Positions 8,563-15,767 of a stretch of DNA of 64,000 nucleotides are shown piece by piece. Under the pieces are notes generated by a model. The model ran no database searches. It saw nothing but the letters and a program-made list of their open reading frames with translations, and was not told the DNA's origin. Each line of letters starts with the position of its first letter. Position 1 is the stretch's first letter. Where the stretch lies: NCBI GenBank assembly GCA_002505775.1, contig DAVY01000009.1, positions 101,614-165,613 of the forward strand, given 5' to 3'. The stretch is from Euryarchaeota archaeon UBA130 (GTDB lineage Archaea > Thermoplasmatota > Poseidoniia > Poseidoniales > Thalassarchaeaceae). The position numbers were made by a program, and so were the translations under genes.

Positions 8563-9702
8563 CTATCCTTTCCACTCACGGTATTGAATCCACTCTTGCT
8601 TCATGTATTCGTTCACTAACCTATCCTCGTCTTCATCGGTCGGTAAAACACTGGAAAGATACTCCTCGTACTCATCATCTGTTCCTTCGAATAAATCCCC
8701 ATGAACAGTGTAATTCGTGCCTGCATACTTACCTATGCCCCTCTTGAATCTGTCAGAGGGTATGTAGAGCTCAGGCTCGCCCTCTTTTCTGGACTTGCTT
8801 ATCCTCACCATTTCCTTTCTTAGCTCTTCGAAGTATAGCTCTCTGCTGGCCTCATTAAGGTGCTCTCTATCTGCATCAACATCCGATTCTCTCTCGTCGT
8901 ATCTCCCCTTGATTCCGTAAACATATGCCCATTGAGCACTAGTTGAATCGTCAGTGCCAAAGAGATCTAAACCAGTGCTTACCCACTTGTTGATGTATTT
9001 TTGCAGAAGTGCTATGGGAATCACTCCCTGTTTGACAATCCTCCTGAGCCCATTAGCTCCGGTCCCCAGGTGAAATGACTCTTCCTTCAGCATCGGTCCC
9101 ATACTAGCGGCCAATGGTTTGAATGAAGAGGTACTAAGCATCTTAAGCTGATACTTCCCATCTCTATCAATGAAGTGTGTAAAGCAGAAGAAATCCAGCC
9201 AGTGGTCGATGGGCTCATTGAAAGACCCAAGAATTCTAGTCCCCTCTTGCGCATTTCTCTCCAGCAACTTCGATGCCTCTCTAACGCCTTGCTCACCGAA
9301 GAAAGTACACAGAAGATACGCCATCTGCCAGCCATGACGCTGTTCTTCACACATGATCCTGAGAGCAGATTTTCTGTCATATTCCGTGGGGGCAGAAGCC
9401 AGTAGGTGGTTCTGTTGCTCCACACTAGCGAACTCAGTATCGCCCTGCACGCTTACCATGTTAATTATCGCATCCATGATGTTCTGTTGTGGAATTTGCA
9501 TTCTTCGATTCCACTTTGGCATCCCTTGGAAGTCTCCAAACTCAATCTCATTTCCTGCCGTATCCCAGTCAAACTTGATGTCGAACCTGTAATCTCCTAG
9601 CCATGACGGATCGAAACCTATTCTGGTCTGCCATTCACTGAAGTCGTTAATCCAAGATTCGAAGTTCTGACTGTAACTCTCTACTATCTCAGTATCTGCC
9701 AT
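8563..9702 (-). CDS. boxB: di-iron oxygenase, benzoyl-CoA 2,3-epoxidase subunit B (BoxB)-like
   Basis: 379 aa. VQGDTEFASVEQQNHL matches my memory of the BoxB signature QGDTEPASVEQQ. Carboxylate-bridged di-iron style boxes CEEQRHGW and LKEESFHLG. Also FTHFIDRDGKYQL. It is shorter than the ~470 aa I recall for bacterial BoxB. Confidence 0.65.
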   Translation of the reverse strand: MADTEIVESYSQNFESWINDFSEWQTRIGFDPSWLGDYRFDIKFDWDTAGNEIEFGDFQGMPKWNRRMQIPQQNIMDAIINMVSVQGDTEFASVEQQNHLLASAPTEYDRKSALRIMCEEQRHGWQMAYLLCTFFGEQGVREASKLLERNAQEGTRILGSFNEPIDHWLDFFCFTHFIDRDGKYQLKMLSTSSFKPLAASMGPMLKEESFHLGTGANGLRRIVKQGVIPIALLQKYINKWVSTGLDLFGTDDSTSAQWAYVYGIKGRYDERESDVDADREHLNEASRELYFEELRKEMVRISKSRKEGEPELYIPSDRFKRGIGKYAGTNYTVHGDLFEGTDDEYEEYLSSVLPTDEDEDRLVNEYMKQEWIQYREWKG

Positions 9703-9762
9703 GCCCTGCGCTGGAATAACAGGTATATCAAACGACGTATCAGAAAATCCGCCAAAACGAAA

Positions 9763-10656
9763 CTAGTTTCCTTCGAATCTGGGAGTTTTCGTCTCCACAT
9801 ACGCCTTAATCCCCTCTTTGGCATCTTTAGACTGGAACAGATCTGATTGCAGTTCCCTTTCTAGGGCGAGATGATATTCAAGGGGGATTTCTAGCCCACT
9901 TTGTACGCTCCTCTTGATATTGCCTATGGCCTTAGCAGCCGCGAATGGCAGTGTAAATCGACCGGAATAATCCAAAACATCCTGACGGAACTCTTCCAAA
10001 CTCATAGAGTCATATATATCGTGCACAAGATCCATCTCGCGTGACTCCTCAAATGAGAACTTCCTGCCAGTCACCATTATTTCCATTGCCTTAGCTTTCC
10101 CCACGAGCCTGGACAAGCGCGCAGTTCCACCTGTTCCGGCAAGAACACCGAGTGCTACTTCTGGGAGGCCTACCTGGAAATTACCCTTTCTGGCCACTCT
10201 AATGTCAGCCGCCATAGCGATTTCCAGTCCGCCTCCTACTGTGTGCCCGTTCAATGCCGCGATTACTAGTTTGGGAGTCTGTTCCAAGCGTGACAGGGTT
10301 TCGTTGGCATGCAGGCAGAAGAAGTACTTGTATCTTGGAGAAAGCTTATTCAGATACTTGATGCTAGCGCCTGCAGAGAAAAACTTCTCTCCATGACCAG
10401 TGATTAGGATCACTGAAACGCTGTCATCAAACCTTGCACTCAATATCGCATCATCAATATCGTGCCACATCTCTCGGGTATACGTATTCACTGATGTTTT
10501 TCCCTCGGTCAAGGGCTCACCTGCTGAGTCTGAGCACAGCTCTATGATTGCTATTCCGTTCTCGGTTACTCCGTAGTTGACTAGATTGTTCTTCATTGGC
10601 TTTAGCTCGGGCCATGACGTCATGCCCAACCCACCGGGGATGGCCATATCAATCAA
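9763..10656 (-). CDS. enoyl-CoA hydratase/isomerase (crotonase) family protein
   Basis: 297 aa. KFFSAGASI, ALNGHTVGGGLEIAMAADIRV, LPEVALGVLAGTGGTARL, and C-terminal EGIKAYVETKTPRF. Confidence 0.85.
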   Translation of the reverse strand: MIDMAIPGGLGMTSWPELKPMKNNLVNYGVTENGIAIIELCSDSAGEPLTEGKTSVNTYTREMWHDIDDAILSARFDDSVSVILITGHGEKFFSAGASIKYLNKLSPRYKYFFCLHANETLSRLEQTPKLVIAALNGHTVGGGLEIAMAADIRVARKGNFQVGLPEVALGVLAGTGGTARLSRLVGKAKAMEIMVTGRKFSFEESREMDLVHDIYDSMSLEEFRQDVLDYSGRFTLPFAAAKAIGNIKRSVQSGLEIPLEYHLALERELQSDLFQSKDAKEGIKAYVETKTPRFEGN

Positions 10657-10674
10657 ACGGACGAGGCCACAGTA

Positions 10675-11901
10675 TCAAACATCGCTGTCTGGGAACGATA
10701 CTGAGCCACCAGATTTCTTGACAACCTTCCACTGCTCAGAAATTTCTACAGCTCTATCACTTTCTTCCCAAGAGTCCCTGCGAAGAGATTTTCTGAATGG
10801 CATTCTAGTGACCATCCTTCCATCGGCTAACTTTTTCCTCCTGAGCATTGCGAGTTTCGTTACAGGCCAAAGCATCTTTCTGAATATCCCAGGAGTGTAT
10901 ACCCATCGCATGAATTCGAGCCCATCCCCCTTCTTCCGCTGGTCTCTCATCCAATAACGGGCGACCATTTTGAATCCATTGTCCCCTATTCGATTCATCA
11001 AGAATCTGTTGGTGGCGCTTATCTTGATTAGTGGCACTAGGTTTTTTCTGACCTCAGACTCATAATCGCCCTCACCTAGAATTGACTTAGCTGCCAGAAC
11101 ACCGCTGGTAATTGCATACCTCATCCCGAAACCCCACATGAAGTCTTGAAGCCCCCCTGCCTCGCCAACGTAGTATCTGCCGTCATGGAAATATTTGTCA
11201 GGTAGAGAAAAATCACCCTTCCCGCCGACCCTTTTTATGGGCCTACGATTTAACTCATAGTGACTCTCATACCAAGCAATTGTCTCATTTAGATATCTCC
11301 CACTCTTCTTCTGTTTTCTCCACAGGCAAGTGCAAATCAAGCCAATCCCATCGATAACGATCAAATATGAATAAGCACCCGGGGCAAGCTTGTCATTTAG
11401 TTGGAATGAAACATGGTTAGGATGGTCAGTGTGAAAGATCTCTCCAAATGCCACAGCGCTGGAATCCTTCGGACCAGCGGCTATAATCTGGCATTCTTCC
11501 GGGTCCCTCTTTGATCCATAGTGAATAGTAGCTCCAGCCTCAATTGCCATTCTCTTGAATCCCTGGTCGATACAATGCTCATCCGTTCCCCTTTCCACTA
11601 CTCTGAAGGCTACTCCATCCGTGATGGGTTGGGTAATCTCATCATCTGGATGGATCAAGTCGACCACGCTGAACGCGTCAGATTTGAATGAGTCAGGATC
11701 TAGGCCCCACTCTCTCATCTCATCGAAGAAATCTTTACTGCCAGTCCAATTTTCCAATCCTTGGAAATCGCCATCAAACCTTGCACCGCTATCGCTCCTA
11801 ATTTCATGGACATGCACATCATAGCCATTTTTTGATAGAATAATTGCGGCCGATAGGCCTGACAGGCCAGCCCCGAGAATGTGTACCGGCTCACTTTTCA
11901 C
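10675..11901 (-). CDS. FAD/NAD(P)-binding oxidoreductase (geranylgeranyl-reductase-like fold)
   Basis: 408 aa. N-terminal dinucleotide-binding VHILGAGLSGLSAAIIL...HVHE. Substrate unknown. Confidence 0.65.
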   Translation of the reverse strand: MKSEPVHILGAGLSGLSAAIILSKNGYDVHVHEIRSDSGARFDGDFQGLENWTGSKDFFDEMREWGLDPDSFKSDAFSVVDLIHPDDEITQPITDGVAFRVVERGTDEHCIDQGFKRMAIEAGATIHYGSKRDPEECQIIAAGPKDSSAVAFGEIFHTDHPNHVSFQLNDKLAPGAYSYLIVIDGIGLICTCLWRKQKKSGRYLNETIAWYESHYELNRRPIKRVGGKGDFSLPDKYFHDGRYYVGEAGGLQDFMWGFGMRYAITSGVLAAKSILGEGDYESEVRKNLVPLIKISATNRFLMNRIGDNGFKMVARYWMRDQRKKGDGLEFMRWVYTPGIFRKMLWPVTKLAMLRRKKLADGRMVTRMPFRKSLRRDSWEESDRAVEISEQWKVVKKSGGSVSFPDSDV

Positions 11902-11980
11902 GAATATCCGACTGAAGTCATACGCTTCAACAGTTGGGTTCCATCCGGCGAATTCAAGTCTTATATGGTAATGCGGGTAT

Positions 11981-12400
11981 GTGTCAGTCCATGTTTCGGT
12001 GGAGCCGGAGATTCTTGACCCTGATTACCTGAAATCCAAATTAGACGTTGACGGGTGTGGAAGTATAGTGTCATTTGTTGGGATAACTAGGGGATTAGAG
12101 GAAGGCTTAGAGGTCAAAAGACTGGAATTTGACTCTTGGGAGGAGAAGCTACCTGTGGTTCTCGAAAGTATCGCAATGGAGGCTCTAGACGAATTTGGGA
12201 TATGTTCGGTGGTAATTGCCCACCGAACCGGGACAGTCCTGCCAACAGAACCAATAGTGTGTATCCATGTTTCATCACCGCATAGATCCGAGGGATTCAG
12301 AGCATGTTCTAGAATAATTGATGAGCTGAAAATTCAAGCCCCCTTATGGAAGAAAGAAGTTAGATCCGATGGAGAATTTTGGAAGGATGGGCTAGGGTGA
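11981..12400 (+). CDS. moaE: molybdopterin synthase catalytic subunit MoaE
   Basis: 139 aa. GSIVSFVGITRG, IAHRTGTVLPTEPIVCIHVSSPHR, IDELKIQAPLWKKE. Confidence 0.8.
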   Translation: MSVHVSVEPEILDPDYLKSKLDVDGCGSIVSFVGITRGLEEGLEVKRLEFDSWEEKLPVVLESIAMEALDEFGICSVVIAHRTGTVLPTEPIVCIHVSSPHRSEGFRACSRIIDELKIQAPLWKKEVRSDGEFWKDGLG

Positions 12401-12466
12401 AAACAGCTATTCTCAACCATTATCCACGTTACACACCAACTAATAGTAGGCCCTGCTTCGCGGACT

Positions 12467-12931
12467 ATGATGAATGGCCCAACCGAAGGTATCACTGATA
12501 TCAGCTTCAAAGAAGATGTATTTAGAGAAGCAACTGCAACCGGCTTTCTTAGACTATCTCAAAAGAGTCTACGAGTTGTCTCAGACGGGAGATCAGTGAA
12601 GGGAGATGTTAGGGAGGCTTCAAACATAGCAGCTATTCTAGCAGTTAAAGAAACACCTAGAACTATTCCCCATTGCCATCCCATCCCAATAGAGGCTTGC
12701 TCAGTGCGATGGGACATTGAAGAATCTGGACTAAGATGCACTGTAACAGTTAGGACCCACTGGTCGACAGGGGTCGAAATGGAAGCCCTCTGTGGGGTGA
12801 GCGCCGCTCTCCTCTGTGCCTTTGATATGTTAAAATCAATAGAGAAAGATAACGAGGGACAGTATCACGATACGTCTATCGAAGGAATAAGGGTCATCGA
12901 GAAAAAGAAAGGCAACCGCACAGTTGAATGA
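12467..12931 (+). CDS. moaC: cyclic pyranopterin monophosphate synthase MoaC
   Basis: 154 aa. KGDVREASNIAAILAVKETPRTIPHCHPIPI and TGVEMEALCGVSAALL. Confidence 0.85.
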   Translation: MMNGPTEGITDISFKEDVFREATATGFLRLSQKSLRVVSDGRSVKGDVREASNIAAILAVKETPRTIPHCHPIPIEACSVRWDIEESGLRCTVTVRTHWSTGVEMEALCGVSAALLCAFDMLKSIEKDNEGQYHDTSIEGIRVIEKKKGNRTVE

Positions 12932-12953
12932 CTACCTTCTCCTCGGGATTAGC

Positions 12954-13907
12954 ATGGTGACAGCAGACTTCGTCGATTTTTTCTTGGAGGCCACAGAAGC
13001 CGCGGCTGTGGCCGCATCCCCCTGGAGGGGGAAAGGAGATGGCAAAGCGGCTGATGGAGCAGCAGTTGAAGCCATGAGAGCGGTTTTCGACAAAGTCCCA
13101 TTTGATGGCAGAGTTGCTATAGGAGAAGGAGAGAGAGACAATGCTCCAATGTTATGGATTGGGGAGCCACTAGGTTCCATGCAAGGTCATCCAAATGCAT
13201 CAAGAATAGATATCGCAGTAGATCCGTTGGAGTGCACAAATCATGTCGCAAAGGACCTCCCTAATGCCATGGCGGTTCTGGCAGCGGCTCCTCGCGGTTC
13301 CCTATTACATGCCCCCGATTGCTACATGAACAAAATTGCGGGCTCAAGTGATCTAGTTGGCCAGATTAACCTGGATGAGGAAACCTCGTACAACCTCGAA
13401 TCAGCCTGCATGGCTCTAGGGAAAAATCCTTCAGAACTCAACGTAGTGGTGATGGAAAGGCCTAGGCACAAAACACTAATCCGAGAGATTAGCCAATTCG
13501 GGGCAAACGTGATCCTGATAGGTGACGGCGATGTTTCCGCCGCACTCAATGCTGCAGACCCAGAGTCCGAAATTGATATGCTGATGGGAATCGGTGCAGC
13601 TCCCGAGGGAGTTATTACGGCTACTGCATTGAGGGGATTGGGAGGGGCTTTTCAAGGAAGACTCGTATTCAAAAATGAAGGCCATAGAGAAAGAGCCGAA
13701 AGAATGATCGATGATGACATTGAGAAGCTCTGGGAAAGAGACGAACTTTGTTCATCAGATGACTCCGTATTCATTGGATCAGGTGTGTGCGAAGGAAGGA
13801 CAAAGGGAGTTAAAATCAATGGTGATGGAACCGCTTCAGTTCATTCAGAAATAATAGATGTCGCCTCAGGTGAGCACAAATTTGTTTCGCGCACGAGAGA
13901 ATTTTAG
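12954..13907 (+). CDS. glpX: class II fructose-1,6-bisphosphatase (GlpX type)
   Basis: ATEAAAVAASPWRGKGDGKAADGAAVEAMR and AIGEGERDNAPMLWIGE match the GlpX N-terminal pattern. The ORF track starts at TTG 12924; I prefer ATG 12954, just after the moaC stop. Confidence 0.85.
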   Translation: MVTADFVDFFLEATEAAAVAASPWRGKGDGKAADGAAVEAMRAVFDKVPFDGRVAIGEGERDNAPMLWIGEPLGSMQGHPNASRIDIAVDPLECTNHVAKDLPNAMAVLAAAPRGSLLHAPDCYMNKIAGSSDLVGQINLDEETSYNLESACMALGKNPSELNVVVMERPRHKTLIREISQFGANVILIGDGDVSAALNAADPESEIDMLMGIGAAPEGVITATALRGLGGAFQGRLVFKNEGHRERAERMIDDDIEKLWERDELCSSDDSVFIGSGVCEGRTKGVKINGDGTASVHSEIIDVASGEHKFVSRTREF

Positions 13908-13969
13908 GATTCTAAGCCGAACCATGCAACGATGGATTCATTTCATACCGCTCCCTCGTAATATCGGTA

Positions 13970-14986
13970 ATGGTCATGGATGTGGAACTTTTAGAGAGGA
14001 CAGCAGCAGAATTAGTAGCTTCGGGAAAGGGGGTCCTTGCTGCGGATGAGAGCAATGGAACTATGTCCAATAGACTGGCAGCCGTGGGCGTCGAACCATC
14101 TGCAGAAACTCGTCGTTCATACCGGTCAAACATATTTGCAACTCCCGGATATGAATCTGCAATTAGTGGGGTTATATTGTTCGACGAGACTATTCGCCAG
14201 AATATGGACGATGGGACCCCGATCCCCCAATACCTAGCTAGTAGGGGAATTTATCCTGGAATCAAAGTTGACACAGGCGCAAAGGAATTGGCAAACCATC
14301 CCGGTGAGAAAATAACTGAAGGACTAGACGGCCTAAGGGAGCGGTGTGCAGAATATTTCCAGATGGGCGCGCGCTTCGCAAAGTGGCGTGCCGTGATTCG
14401 TATAGGGAAAGGAATGCCATCACTGGCATGCCTGTCCACAAATTCCCATGCACTTGCAAGGTATGCTTCGATATGTCAAGAACAGGGGTTAGTGCCTATA
14501 ATCGAACCGGAAGTTTTGATGGATGGCGACCATGACGCCCAGAGTTGCTATGATGTGACAGCGTCTGTATTGAAGATGACTTGGGATGAATGCAAGAAGC
14601 AGGGAGTTCACCTCAAAGGTGTCCTCCTCAAACCAAATATGATTCTTCCAGGAAATTCATGTTCCGATCGAGGAAGCAGGAAAAAGGTCGCTAAGATGAC
14701 AGTTGACTGTTTGACTGAAAATGTCCCCAGCGAGGTTCCCGGAATTGTGTTCTTATCAGGGGGGCAATCAGATGAAGATGCCACAGCGCATCTCAATCTA
14801 ATGAATGCTATGGATATAGACCATCCATGGGAGCTATCTTATTCCTATGGGAGGGCACTTTTAGCCCACGCATTGCAGACATGGGCCCGAGGATCTAGTG
14901 AGGGTAGCCAAGATGCATTCAGACACAGAGCGGAGATGAACAGTCTGGCGAGAACAGGGGACTGGAGAGAGGAATTAGAAAGCTAG
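13970..14986 (+). CDS. fba: class I fructose-bisphosphate aldolase
   Basis: 338 aa. SGKGVLAADESNGTMSNRL, GIYPGIKVD, LKPNMI, FLSGGQS, LSYSYGRAL. Confidence 0.88.
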   Translation: MVMDVELLERTAAELVASGKGVLAADESNGTMSNRLAAVGVEPSAETRRSYRSNIFATPGYESAISGVILFDETIRQNMDDGTPIPQYLASRGIYPGIKVDTGAKELANHPGEKITEGLDGLRERCAEYFQMGARFAKWRAVIRIGKGMPSLACLSTNSHALARYASICQEQGLVPIIEPEVLMDGDHDAQSCYDVTASVLKMTWDECKKQGVHLKGVLLKPNMILPGNSCSDRGSRKKVAKMTVDCLTENVPSEVPGIVFLSGGQSDEDATAHLNLMNAMDIDHPWELSYSYGRALLAHALQTWARGSSEGSQDAFRHRAEMNSLARTGDWREELES

Positions 14987-15234
14987 TTATCTTCAAGCAC
15001 GCCTGGTCTTAGTTGCCAAACGCATATCTCATATCGTCCAGAGAGAGCACCTCCTCTCTTCGTTGTTGAAACCTTCATTATGTCCTTGTCTTTTGAGAGT
15101 ACGTTTCCGAGTTGTTGAGGAGTAGTCCCGTGTCTCATGGTGGTATTGACGTGCTCAAGGATTTCGGTGGTATTTGCCTCGCCTCTTGAATGTAGAAATT
15201 TCTTGATTTTTTGCCTTAGTCTTGTAGTTCTCAT
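14983..15234 (-). CDS. small hypothetical protein, putative winged-helix; paralog of the next gene
   Basis: 83 aa. KIKKFLHSRGEANTTEILEHV ... GGALSGRYEICVW aligns by eye with the 89-aa neighbour, at roughly 30 percent identity. Confidence 0.55.
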   Translation of the reverse strand: MRTTRLRQKIKKFLHSRGEANTTEILEHVNTTMRHGTTPQQLGNVLSKDKDIMKVSTTKRGGALSGRYEICVWQLRPGVLEDN

Positions 15235-15236
15235 AT

Positions 15237-15506
15237 TTACTCCTCCTTCATGGACAATCCCCGCTCATGATGAGCCACCCACTCGTCGGTAGCCCATTCC
15301 GACAGGGGGTATTCACGACCTGCTATGCCGCTTCTTCTCATGGTGCCTATTCTGATTATAGTCTCATCCGATTCAAGCAGTCCTGAAATATCGGTCTTGG
15401 AAGTCTGGATCTCTTTTTGCGCTTCTAGCCAGGAAACTATTTCTGCTGTATTTCTTGGCTTGCTGGCTACGAATTTCCTGATCAATTTTCGGATATTTTC
15501 CGACAT
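15237..15506 (-). CDS. small hypothetical protein, putative winged-helix; paralog of the previous gene
   Basis: 89 aa. LIRKFVASKPRNTAEIVSWL ... SGIAGREYPLSEW. Sits 2 nt upstream of its paralog. Confidence 0.55.
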   Translation of the reverse strand: MSENIRKLIRKFVASKPRNTAEIVSWLEAQKEIQTSKTDISGLLESDETIIRIGTMRRSGIAGREYPLSEWATDEWVAHHERGLSMKEE

Positions 15507-15767
15507 TATCTATCTCTCCATCTCGTGTCTGCAGGTCCCCGTCTCTTACCCGATATGCACAGGATGGCAGGCACTGATATAACCGTTCTGTAGGATTTAA
15601 CTAACTTTAGTTACTTAACATCACACAAATAGCCCCAATTTTTGCTACAGAATTAAGTGTCGAAATGAAACCACGTACTTCTCCAATAGAAATGTGTAAT
15701 TATATGTAACTAAATAGATTAATTTAATACAAATATCTTATGTGGATTAATTAAGTGGTGGTAATTC
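15507..15767. promoter_or_regulatory. AT-rich divergent intergenic region with a 9-nt inverted repeat (candidate operator/promoter region)
   Basis: Lies between divergent genes. TTTAGTTAC at 15606-15614 and its exact reverse complement GTAACTAAA at 15706-15714. Several ATTAAT/TTAATT runs. GGTGGTG lies 7 nt before the ATG at 15768. One hand-counted 60-nt line (15661-15720) is 17/60 GC. Confidence 0.5.
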
